From: Myxococcota bacterium
Lineage (GTDB): Bacteria > Myxococcota_C > UBA6777
Direction of reading: 5' to 3'
Assembly (NCBI GenBank): GCA_023150835.1
Contig: JAKLKB010000039.1
Span: 1-46,101 of the forward strand
Length of the DNA stretch: 46,101 nt
Below the pieces are notes generated by a model. The model was not told the origin of the DNA. It saw only the letters and a program-made list of their open reading frames with translations, and searched no databases. The position numbers and the translations under genes are program-made. Of the stretch, positions 9,068 through 18,128 are shown piece after piece (positions within the stretch are counted from its first letter, which is position 1; each line of letters opens with the position of its first letter).

Positions 9068-11818
9068 TCAACGCAGCGATGGAAAGGCAAGATCCACCGC
9101 GATACCGACGTGAAAATCACCGGGAAGCCCTGCGTGTTGGGGGATCATCCCACCGCCCGTCAGCGATATCCGAACCTGCCCAAGATAGGCCCGTACACCT
9201 GCGCTCGCCCCAAACGTCACAGGCAACGCCCCATCGACCGAGGGAGCCGCTAGGTGGATCTCCGTCACAAACGACAAGAACCGCCAGCGTAAGTGAAGAC
9301 CCGCGTTTCCTGTAAAGAAAAAGCCTGTATTTGCCCCAAAGTCCGTATCCAACACAAACGCAAGATTGGTGTGCAGCATCAACCAAGACAGCGGACGCCA
9401 CTCCAACAACAACGCAGGATCAAAAAACGTCGAGAGCGCGTTGCCCGCCTTGCTTTTACCGGGCGTATAGCGCTCCAACGAACGAAACGTCGGCAGTATC
9501 GCGCCTTGTGTATCGCGTGGTGGAAAACGATAACCTCCCGTCGGCAAGATCACCCGCAACCCCGCCCCGACCGTCAGATCTCTTCGTTCGTACAACAATC
9601 CCTTGATCCCGATCCGTATGTCTCCAATCTTTCCATAAGAGATATTGTCGAGATATCCTTCGGGCTGCACCACGATCACGTTTAACAACGGGATATCCAG
9701 TTCAAGGCTCATGCGATCGTGCCACAAAGCCAACTCACCCGCGATCGAAAATCGCGAAACAACGGGCTTTTGTATCGTTCCTTGCGCCGCAACCAACGGC
9801 CCGCTGTAAGCCTCGTTAGGGGGCGTATAATCACCAAAAAACGCCCGAACACCCGCCCATGTCATCGGTTTTGCCCCGCGAGCAGGAAGCCCAGCGAAAG
9901 GCCGCGCAAACTCCAAAACCAACGGGGTTTCGGCCCACTCCCACACCCGAACACGCGACGGCGCGGTCTTGTCATGGGACGGAGAGGCACGCAACAATAC
10001 TTGTTCGGGCCACCGAAGCTCGGGCTCTTTTGAGGGTTCAACAGGAGGAGGCTCGCGACGTAGCGCAACCTCTGGAGGCTTTTTGACGGATATCATCGCC
10101 AACGCCAGATCTCCTGCCGCCCAAGTAGCCCGAATATACAGGGCTTTGTGCTTGTACGCCTTAGGCGCAGAGATCATCGCCTCGCATCGGCCTCGCCCCA
10201 CGCAACGAAACGCCGCCCCGTCGCCTTCGGGCAAGATATCCAAACGCAGCCCGGGCAAAAGCACAGGAAAGCCCTTCTCGTCGGTCAATTGCAGACGTGC
10301 TTTGACGCTTTGCCCCCGCACATCGATCTCTTTCTGCTCCAGAGACAACGTCGCCTTCACTTGCAAAAGCTGGATACGAAAAGCCGTTAGCACCGAGCCT
10401 TTCGGACCACGCCGAAAAAACAGCGTGTAGTGCCCGGGCTTTTGCAGACGCACAGGCTCCTGAAACGCTCGAAACGCCATCGTATCCGCACGGATCGCAG
10501 CGGCGTCTCCTTCGACAAGTGCGATATCAACGGCTTTTTTAGGCGGTGCGATCTGCAACAGTCCCACCCCGACCCAGCGATCTCCGCCCGATTGACGGGC
10601 CAGATGCCTTGACATCTGAAGAGTTGCCGCGTGGATGTGCAGAGTTTCGGATGGGCGGCTCTCCAGTCCGTCTTTGTCCAACGCGGAAAGACGGACATAA
10701 TAATCACCCGCTTTTCGGATCGGCAGGCTGTAGCGCTGCAACGATGACGCGGATGGACTTGATGAAGATGGACTTGGTGATACCGGCGCGATCGATGAAG
10801 GCGTCGAGGTCGGCGCAGAGGCCACAAGATCATCCCAGTAGACCTCGCGAAAGCGCGGATCGACCGCTGCTTCGATCCGATAGCGCGTGTCGCTTGTGTT
10901 GCCTTGCCAGCGCAGCTCCAACATCTCTTGCCCTTGTGTCGGAGTCATCGGCACAAACGCTTCATGCACCCCTTGGCTCCAACGCGGCGCACGCGGAAGC
11001 CGACGCGGAGGGGCAGGTGGACGGCCTTTTTTTACGTACGTACCGAAATCATCGGGAACCTGAACAGATTTCCCTTGGGCGCTAACCTTGGCATTCCCCC
11101 GAAAGACCGAGACCATCGAGGTTTTTTGTGCATCAACACCGACCTGTGCTGCGCTGGCTTTGAGCGCGACTTCCGCCGAAGGCGTCTCGATCGGGATCGG
11201 CACATCGTCGAGGCTATCAAGGCCCGCTCGTACCGTCCCTTCTTGGATCACGATCTTTCCGCTTTTCTTTTGGCGCGTGCGTTCGGCTCTTCCGTGGATC
11301 ACCAACAGCGCTTGTTCGCGCATCCGTATCCGCGCACGCCTCTCAAAGCGCACCACCGCAAGAGACTTCTTGCCTGTCGAGACCTTGTACAAACGCCACA
11401 GCGCCATCCCTTCGCGAGCATCGTACCAATCCAAGGCACTCGGAGGCTTGGTCTTGACTTCGCGCCGCTTCTTCTCAAGCTCCGCATCAGGTTGTGGCGC
11501 AGACAGCGGGATCTTCAAGCGCTGCCCGGGTTTTAAGATATGCGGCATCGGCCCAAGATCGTTGTACTGGTGAATGATCGAGTAAGCACTCCCCCGACCG
11601 AACAGCATCTGCGCGATGCTCCAACACGAATCCCCGGGTTGTACCGTGTACCAACGATAATTTTGCGCAGAATACGCCGTTCCCTCCGCACAAATCAGCC
11701 CGACACACAAACACCACAAACATCCCAACACACGCAAAACCACCCTCCACGCCCTCAGCGCTTGTTTCTCCAGAACCCTCGGTGTTTTCTTAAAGGAAGC
11801 TCTGTGCATTCCAAACAT
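9068..11818 (-). CDS. Exported LysM + FecR + Fn3/Ig-like protein with a C-terminal beta-barrel-like domain
   Basis: Signal peptide; LysM YTVQPGDSCWSIAQ...ILKPGQRLKIP; FecR-like IETPSAEV...VSVFRGNAKVSAQG; Fn3-like GDYYVRLSALDKDGLES; amphipathic strands (GDIRIGIKG, VILPTG) at the C-terminus; ATG overlaps the upstream stop (TGATG). Confidence 0.78.
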   Translation of the reverse strand: MFGMHRASFKKTPRVLEKQALRAWRVVLRVLGCLWCLCVGLICAEGTAYSAQNYRWYTVQPGDSCWSIAQMLFGRGSAYSIIHQYNDLGPMPHILKPGQRLKIPLSAPQPDAELEKKRREVKTKPPSALDWYDAREGMALWRLYKVSTGKKSLAVVRFERRARIRMREQALLVIHGRAERTRQKKSGKIVIQEGTVRAGLDSLDDVPIPIETPSAEVALKASAAQVGVDAQKTSMVSVFRGNAKVSAQGKSVQVPDDFGTYVKKGRPPAPPRRLPRAPRWSQGVHEAFVPMTPTQGQEMLELRWQGNTSDTRYRIEAAVDPRFREVYWDDLVASAPTSTPSSIAPVSPSPSSSSPSASSLQRYSLPIRKAGDYYVRLSALDKDGLESRPSETLHIHAATLQMSRHLARQSGGDRWVGVGLLQIAPPKKAVDIALVEGDAAAIRADTMAFRAFQEPVRLQKPGHYTLFFRRGPKGSVLTAFRIQLLQVKATLSLEQKEIDVRGQSVKARLQLTDEKGFPVLLPGLRLDILPEGDGAAFRCVGRGRCEAMISAPKAYKHKALYIRATWAAGDLALAMISVKKPPEVALRREPPPVEPSKEPELRWPEQVLLRASPSHDKTAPSRVRVWEWAETPLVLEFARPFAGLPARGAKPMTWAGVRAFFGDYTPPNEAYSGPLVAAQGTIQKPVVSRFSIAGELALWHDRMSLELDIPLLNVIVVQPEGYLDNISYGKIGDIRIGIKGLLYERRDLTVGAGLRVILPTGGYRFPPRDTQGAILPTFRSLERYTPGKSKAGNALSTFFDPALLLEWRPLSWLMLHTNLAFVLDTDFGANTGFFFTGNAGLHLRWRFLSFVTEIHLAAPSVDGALPVTFGASAGVRAYLGQVRISLTGGGMIPQHAGLPGDFHVGIAVDLAFPSLR

Positions 11819-13668
11819 CAGCAGCCTCCCTTCTTCTTTGGCGATGCGGTTGTCCTCGTACCCTGCGCAAGAACGGTCCGATCTGGCAAACCCCTCCCCC
11901 CCCCAAACCCCACCTCTCCCCACGAGCGTTGCGCTGTGGGGCGAGGGGGGAGAAGAGAAGACGTGGCTTTTCTGATGCGCAAGATCAAAAACTGCACACG
12001 GCGATTTTCGGCGCGTCCTTGGGTCGTTTTGTTCGTTGCGATCGGCTTTTTGGGTCCGTATCCTTTGGCGCGCAAACGCCCGACCACCACCCCTTCTTGC
12101 ACCAAAAATGACTTGACTCGACGCGCCCGCCTCTCCGAAAGATCGACGTTTTGTTCGCGATCTCCCCGATTGTCCGTATGCCCTTCGATCATGACTTCTT
12201 CGATCTCTTGCTTTGCCTTTAAGAATTGCGCAAGAACCCTTAATATCGGAAACGACCGAGGCTCTAGCCGATCACTGCCCGTCCGAAAATACACTTTTTC
12301 CTTGAGTTTGATCTGCGTTGCGGTCGACTCGATCAGCTTGGAATCCTTGAAGACGACGGGCTTGGGGATCTCGTCGGGGCATCCATCTTCGTCTTTGTAG
12401 CCGTTGAAGGTCTCGGGCTGATCTGGGCACTGATCCAAAGCGTCTGGGATACCGTCGCCATCGCGATCTTGCTCTTGCTTGGCTGCTTGATCGAAAGCCT
12501 CGGGCGAAAGCGGGCGATGCGCCAAGATCGCAGGCTTTTCAGGCATCGCCGCTTCTTGGTTCGGCGGTGGTTGCGGTGCCTTCTTGACTTTCAGAGGTTT
12601 CTTCACAGGCGGCGAAAAAACCTCTGGCTCATACGCGGCCCAAGATGCCGAAGGCTTCGCCTCCGTCAACGACTTCCCCCAAGCGATCTGCAAAAAGAAC
12701 CGAAAGTCCGGCACACCGTACCCCGACGTCAATCCCGCACCCGCACCCGCCGTCAAGATCACACCCGTGTGGTGACGCCAACGCAACCCTGCCAAAAGCT
12801 CCATCCCTACGCGCTGAACGCGCCCTGCCTCTTCGCCATCTGGAAACCCGATCTCCATCCCCGCTTCGCCGATCAACGAAAGCCCTTGCATCATCAAGGG
12901 GATCTCTGTTCCAAGCGCCAAGCGCAACGCATTCCCCACCCGAAACCCCATCAAGGCATCCGTCACCATAGACGGCGAAAACGCCAGATCTTCTGCCGTT
13001 GGGGCTCCCGCACGCAAACGAAACCCCGCATTCAACGACAATAAAAATCCTCCCTTCCATCGGTAATCCATGACCAAACGCGGCGTAAAAGTCGCCGACG
13101 CTTGGCGCATCAAAAACGCCCCCCCCGTCGGAAACGAACCTTCCAACAGTAGCGCCATCCCAAAGCCCGCTGCTTGCGCATTTTCCAAGATCCGCACTTT
13201 CACCCACAACCGAAGATCCCCGATCCCCATCGATTCGAGCGGCTCTTCGCCCTCTGGATACGTTGCTTGACTGCCCGAAAAAGCAAATGGAAAACGCTGC
13301 GACTGTTGGAACCAATACACAGGCAACGACAACGCCACTTCGACCCACGAAAACAACCCCACACCCAACGCAAACTCCGAGGTCAGGCGATGCGCCAACG
13401 GCTGCGAGATCACCGACCCTGTATCAAAACGCCGCGCCAACAACAAACCCTTCGCATAATCGGTCATCACCTGACCGTACAGATGCAAGTGCGGCATCAA
13501 TCGGCTACTTTGGACCCCAAACACACTGTACGGTGAGGCCGAGGCTTCCAACAAACGACCATCCATCGAAAGCGCATAACCCGCAGGAACGGGCTTTGCC
13601 CAGCCCAACCGCCCTCCAACACAAGACAACAGCGCGCCGATACACAACCACCTCAGCCACTTCCTCAC
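11818..13668 (-). CDS. OmpA-family outer-membrane protein (N-terminal barrel, TSP3-like Ca-binding repeat, OmpA_C peptidoglycan-binding domain)
   Basis: DRDGDGIPDALDQCPDQPE...DEDGCPD; IEGHTDNRG, NVDLSERRA, GYGPKKP, GRAENRRV; GTG start at 13668 after AAGGAG. Confidence 0.9.
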   Translation of the reverse strand: MRKWLRWLCIGALLSCVGGRLGWAKPVPAGYALSMDGRLLEASASPYSVFGVQSSRLMPHLHLYGQVMTDYAKGLLLARRFDTGSVISQPLAHRLTSEFALGVGLFSWVEVALSLPVYWFQQSQRFPFAFSGSQATYPEGEEPLESMGIGDLRLWVKVRILENAQAAGFGMALLLEGSFPTGGAFLMRQASATFTPRLVMDYRWKGGFLLSLNAGFRLRAGAPTAEDLAFSPSMVTDALMGFRVGNALRLALGTEIPLMMQGLSLIGEAGMEIGFPDGEEAGRVQRVGMELLAGLRWRHHTGVILTAGAGAGLTSGYGVPDFRFFLQIAWGKSLTEAKPSASWAAYEPEVFSPPVKKPLKVKKAPQPPPNQEAAMPEKPAILAHRPLSPEAFDQAAKQEQDRDGDGIPDALDQCPDQPETFNGYKDEDGCPDEIPKPVVFKDSKLIESTATQIKLKEKVYFRTGSDRLEPRSFPILRVLAQFLKAKQEIEEVMIEGHTDNRGDREQNVDLSERRARRVKSFLVQEGVVVGRLRAKGYGPKKPIATNKTTQGRAENRRVQFLILRIRKATSSLLPPRPTAQRSWGEVGFGGGRGLPDRTVLAQGTRTTASPKKKGGC

Positions 13669-13777
13669 AACACTCTCCTTCTGCTCACACAACAAAACTT
13701 CTCACAAACAAATCCATCCAACACACACTACAACTCACACAATCTCCGATACAAACCAACCAACGGATCTCGTATGA

Positions 13778-13935
13778 CGCCGCTGACAAAGAAACCCGTG
13801 TTCACGGCACTTCACGCGACAGCGTCGTCTGTTTGAAAAAACAGTGATCTCTTCGCCGACACGGGGTCAAGGGGGCCGCGACCCCTTGCGGGGCATGGGG
13901 CAGCGCCCCAGACAACAAACTCCATCCAACTCTGT
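13778..13935 (+). mobile_element. MITE/REP-like repeat family B (~150 bp), abutting a family A end at 13764-13774
   Basis: ccgtgttc...gtttgaaaaa...cgcc..acggggtcaagggggccgcgaccccttgcggggcatggggcagcgcccca; homologues at ~29840, 33387 and 38373, partial at ~195-234; boundaries approximate. Confidence 0.7.
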
Positions 13936-14014
13936 CGATCCTCGCCCTGTATCAAAAAGCTGACCAATGCCCTCGCCTCTCACCAAAAAGATCGACAAAA
14001 CAACAGGCTCTCGC

Positions 14015-15211
14015 TTATTCCGCGTCTTCGTGGCCTTCGTCTTCGCCGCGCCCGCTGCCAAACGAGATCCCCATCTGCGCACACAACACCGATGCATACG
14101 AACCCGCAGGCAGCGAAAAAGTAGCTGATACAGCCGCCTCTTCGCGCTCCACAAGCACATCCCACGGCCACACCGCGATCAAGCGCCTTGTACCTGTTGC
14201 GATGCTCCCAAGCCTCCGAAAAGCCTCGACATCGACACCTTCACGTTCCCACAACGCCGACTCCCATCCTCCCACAAGGCCCTCGGCTTTCTCCACTTGA
14301 GAACCCAACAACACGCCCGTCGGCACCCAACGTCGTGCAGGTTCGGTGTCCCCCAACGAGCCTTTGTTTTGGCGAGACGGCGTCTCGCTTTGAGAAGGCA
14401 AAGAAACTGTGATATCGCGCACATCTCCCGCACCATCGGCCTCTTGCGCGTCTCTGGCCAACTCCCGCGCAAGACCCTCTGGAAAGCTGCGCAACGTCCC
14501 ACCACGCGGGAAAGGCCGCATCCAATCCCCCTCGATCGGAGCCGACCAGTCGCCGCATTGTCCGATCCGCCACGCCAACAGATCATTAAAGCAGGCCGAT
14601 TGGTAGGCGCTGATCATCATACGCTTTCGCCAACGGGCCTTGATCTGTTTGGCCTGCACAAGAAGCCGCTGCCCTTCAAGGTGATTGTCTTGCCCTCGGC
14701 CAAAACGCTGCGGCCCAAAAAAGTTGGGCATCCCCTCGCGCTCCATCCGCCCCAAAGCCCGCAGCAGAGCCTGCTCCTGCACCTCCGAAAGCTCCGGCCA
14801 CACCATGCGAAAGCGATTCCCCAACAGATGCCCCGTCCGTAGCTTGCTGCGATGACGTTGCCACTCCACGATCTCGACCCCTTCCATCGCAAACGTATCG
14901 AGCTTTTCTTGCAGCTTTGCGGGGATACTCAGCCATTGCGTCGTGGTCGCATGCCGATCTTTTAAGCCCGCCACACCGATATCTTCGGGATTCATCTCCA
15001 AATGCGAGGCCAACATCCGACAGATATCGCGTGTGTTGTGACCGCGTTTACGCACCGAAACAAAGAGATGTTCTCCCTCCCCCGAACAACGGTACATCGG
15101 GATCTCTTCGACAAAAAAACGCTCGACGCTGGGAAAAAAACGCAGACCTTTGAGTGCTTCTTCTTCATACATCTTCGGAAGACTCGCAAAATCAACACGC
15201 GGTAAAAACAT
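14015..15211 (-). CDS. truD: tRNA pseudouridine(13) synthase TruD
   Basis: GEGEHL, AGLKDRHATTTQW (catalytic Asp), LRTGHLLGNRF, PNFFGPQRFG, FSLPAGSYAS. Confidence 0.95.
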   Translation of the reverse strand: MFLPRVDFASLPKMYEEEALKGLRFFPSVERFFVEEIPMYRCSGEGEHLFVSVRKRGHNTRDICRMLASHLEMNPEDIGVAGLKDRHATTTQWLSIPAKLQEKLDTFAMEGVEIVEWQRHRSKLRTGHLLGNRFRMVWPELSEVQEQALLRALGRMEREGMPNFFGPQRFGRGQDNHLEGQRLLVQAKQIKARWRKRMMISAYQSACFNDLLAWRIGQCGDWSAPIEGDWMRPFPRGGTLRSFPEGLARELARDAQEADGAGDVRDITVSLPSQSETPSRQNKGSLGDTEPARRWVPTGVLLGSQVEKAEGLVGGWESALWEREGVDVEAFRRLGSIATGTRRLIAVWPWDVLVEREEAAVSATFSLPAGSYASVLCAQMGISFGSGRGEDEGHEDAE

Positions 15212-15364
15212 CCAAATCCCTTTCGCTCGCACCACACCAAGAAAAACGCCTCGCGCAAACACAAGACGCTGCCAAAAAATTGCACGAAATGGAAGGGCGT
15301 GCTAGAGCCAAACAGAGCGCTCCGCGCAAACGACGGTCCAAAGAGGCTCGCGCAACACTTCTCC

Positions 15365-15477
15365 TACGAAATCCGCCCGTTGTGTGATCGTAAAGAGGTA
15401 GGGGCAGCCCCCTGTGGCTGCCCAAGAATCGGGCCTCTACGTGCTATCCTTGGTGTGCGCATCACTCGGATATCGTA
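15365..15477. mobile_element. MITE-like family A copy
   Basis: tacgaaatccg ... gtaggggcagccccctgtggctgccc ... cggatatcgta, followed by TCA. Confidence 0.78.
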
Positions 15478-15563
15478 TCACGAGACTTGCAACAGCACAC
15501 CATACACAACGCCCACGAACACCGCCTACGTGGAAGTCTGTGGGAGTCCGAAGCCGCGCAACG

Positions 15564-18128
15564 ATGGAACGGATCAACACACCACGCAAAGGAGTACAGC
15601 CTGTGTGGAAGAGATGGCTCCAGCCTTGGCAACGACAAGGGGCGTGGTCGCCCCCCGATCGCATCAGCGGTCTTGGCGGCCCCGTTGAGTTGCGCACAGA
15701 TCGCTTTGGCATCTGCCACTTGTTGACGCGCAAAGAAGAAGATCTCTTTCGCGCCCAAGGCTTCCAAACCGCCCGAGATCGGCTGTTTCAGATGGACACC
15801 ACCCGCCGCTTGGGTGGAGGCCAACTCTCCGAGCTTTTCGGCGATGTCTCGGCAGCAACGTGGGATCCCTCGCTTCATTTGCGCGGCCAAGGACTTAGCA
15901 GCATCGACTATCTGATGCGCGTCTTGGGCCTCAAAGAAGCCGCAAATGAGGGCCTGTCATGGGTCTCCCCCCGAACCTATCGGGCTTTGCGCGCCTACAG
16001 CGAAGGCGTCAACGAATACATCGAACAGATCCGCCGCGCCGAACGCTTGCCCCTCCCTTACAAGATCCTCCAAGCCGAACCCGCCCCTTGGCAAGCCCAC
16101 GATAGCCTCTTGGTGCTGCGCGTCCTCGGACTCCAACTCAGCTTCACATGGCGGCTGCTGCTGGCTTTTGGGGCGATCTGTCATCCGCTCAGCCAACGCC
16201 CCGAAGCCCTCCAAAGCCTGCTCCCTTCTCATCTCGGCTTCACCCTCGGCACCGAATACCTCCCCCACGATCTCGCCACACTCTTCCCACCCTCCGCCCT
16301 CGAAGAACCCTCCGCCTCTCGCCTGCTCTCAGACTCCTCCGCTCCTTCTTCTCCACCCGCGACTTCCCCTTCGGATCCCTCCGAGATCCTCTCTCCCGAG
16401 GGCACAGGACGCGGAAGTTGCGCATGGGTGATCGCTGGACGCCACACCCAACACGGTGGCCCCTTGCTTTGCAACGATCCCCATCTCCAAATGCGCCTCC
16501 CTTGCAACTTTTACCAGATCCGCTTGTGGGGCGGAGAATACGACGTGATCGGCCTTTCGATCCCGGGCGTACCCGGCATCTTCGCAGGCCACAACTCCTC
16601 GATCGCTTGGGGAACCACCCTGCATCGCGCCGACGACGCCGATATCTACCTCGAAGAACTCGATCCCTCGGGCGAACGCTATCGCCACGAAGAACGCTAC
16701 CTCCCCTTGATCCGCCGCGAAGAGATCATCCATGTCCAAGGCGAAGCCCCTCGCACCCGATGGGTCCGCTCCACACAACGCGGCCCCCTGCTCAGCGATG
16801 CCTTGCGCGGCCCTCTCCCCACCCTCCGACCCTATACCCTCCGATGGACGGGACAAGAAGGCGTTCGCGAAGCCGAATCCATCCTCCAACTCAACCGCGC
16901 CAAAAAATGGACCGACTTCCTCGAAGCCATCCGCTACGCCCGTGTACCCGCCCTCAACTACGTCTACGCCGACAAACAGGGAAATATCGGAGCCGCTGTC
17001 GCAGGTTATCTACCTCTTCGCAATCGCAAACCTCGCATCTTTCGACCTCTCATCGGCAACCACCCCCAAGCCACTTGGAAAGGCGAAGCCCCTTTCGACG
17101 AACTCCCCCGCTGCCTCAACCCCGAACAAGGCTACCTCATCCTTTCCGGCCAAGCCCCCACCTCTCCCCTCCAAGGCTACGCCCCCACAGGCCTCTGGAC
17201 CTCTGGCACACGCTCTCAACGCATCGAAGACCTACTCTTGCGACTTGTCCGACAAAAGAAAGTCGGCGTCGAAGAGATGGCTCGCCTACAGCGCGATACT
17301 TATTGTCTTTGGAGCCGAGACTTCCTCCAGCGCACACTCAAAACCTTTCAAATGCGCGCAAGGCTCACCCCCGAGATCCGCAAACAAGTCGATCTACTCC
17401 TCGAATGGAACGGACGTGTCGGCCCTGAAAGCATCGCGGCAACGATCTTTTCGACCTTCCAACTCCAACTCATGGAACAACACTACAAACCCGCGATGGG
17501 AGACACGCTCTATCGACGATGGCTTGAGATCTCTCACGAACTTGAACCCCCGATCGAGCCGATCTTTCGCCGCCCTGATCTCTGGCTCCCCGAAGACCGC
17601 GATCAAGCCATCCAAGACGCTCTTATCCGAACCTACCAAGATCTCGAAAAACGCATGGGTCCCGAACCCGACCGCTGGCGGTGGGGCAAGATCCACCGCC
17701 TCACCCTCCGTCCTGTCTTTTTCCGCGACACTCACCACCTCCAAGAATGGGTGCGCGGACCCTTCGCCACAGGCGGCTCCACCCTCAGTATCAATACAGG
17801 CAGCTTTAGCTGGAGCCGACCCTTTGAGCAACGCGTCGGGGCTGCCGCCCGACAGATCATCGACTTCGGCTCACTCGACGCTTCCCAATGGATCCTCTGT
17901 GGCGGGCAATCCGAAGACCCCCAAAGCCCCCATTACGACGACCAGCTCGATATATGGCTCCAAGGCGATCATGTCTCCATGCACGCCTCCACCCTCGCCC
18001 TTCAACCCATGCGCAGCTCTTGGCTACTCCCCGAAGACGCCCCCATCCCCAAACAACCGATCCTGCGCACCAAAACCGAATCCACCCCCAACAACAGCCC
18101 CAAAGCCCAGCCCCAACGAGGTCACTGA
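15564..18128 (+). CDS. Penicillin acylase / AHL acylase family Ntn hydrolase (peptidase S45)
   Basis: DRFGICH, AQGFQTARDRLFQMD, processing site G-SCAWVIAG, PLLCNDPHL, NYVYADKQGNIG, WRWGKIH, GQSEDPQSPHYDDQL. Confidence 0.9.
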   Translation: MERINTPRKGVQPVWKRWLQPWQRQGAWSPPDRISGLGGPVELRTDRFGICHLLTRKEEDLFRAQGFQTARDRLFQMDTTRRLGGGQLSELFGDVSAATWDPSLHLRGQGLSSIDYLMRVLGLKEAANEGLSWVSPRTYRALRAYSEGVNEYIEQIRRAERLPLPYKILQAEPAPWQAHDSLLVLRVLGLQLSFTWRLLLAFGAICHPLSQRPEALQSLLPSHLGFTLGTEYLPHDLATLFPPSALEEPSASRLLSDSSAPSSPPATSPSDPSEILSPEGTGRGSCAWVIAGRHTQHGGPLLCNDPHLQMRLPCNFYQIRLWGGEYDVIGLSIPGVPGIFAGHNSSIAWGTTLHRADDADIYLEELDPSGERYRHEERYLPLIRREEIIHVQGEAPRTRWVRSTQRGPLLSDALRGPLPTLRPYTLRWTGQEGVREAESILQLNRAKKWTDFLEAIRYARVPALNYVYADKQGNIGAAVAGYLPLRNRKPRIFRPLIGNHPQATWKGEAPFDELPRCLNPEQGYLILSGQAPTSPLQGYAPTGLWTSGTRSQRIEDLLLRLVRQKKVGVEEMARLQRDTYCLWSRDFLQRTLKTFQMRARLTPEIRKQVDLLLEWNGRVGPESIAATIFSTFQLQLMEQHYKPAMGDTLYRRWLEISHELEPPIEPIFRRPDLWLPEDRDQAIQDALIRTYQDLEKRMGPEPDRWRWGKIHRLTLRPVFFRDTHHLQEWVRGPFATGGSTLSINTGSFSWSRPFEQRVGAAARQIIDFGSLDASQWILCGGQSEDPQSPHYDDQLDIWLQGDHVSMHASTLALQPMRSSWLLPEDAPIPKQPILRTKTESTPNNSPKAQPQRGH

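Noticed and set aside
15414-15563. Shared 'MAAQ.SG.Y' / 'WLPNNR' peptide starts in ORFs at 15414, 23661-23873, 37210 and 45963
   Set aside because: These are translations of repeat family A, not a protein domain.
17888-18127. Upstream extension of the minC ORF
   Set aside because: It overlaps the acylase; ATG 18128 in a TGATG junction is the natural start.
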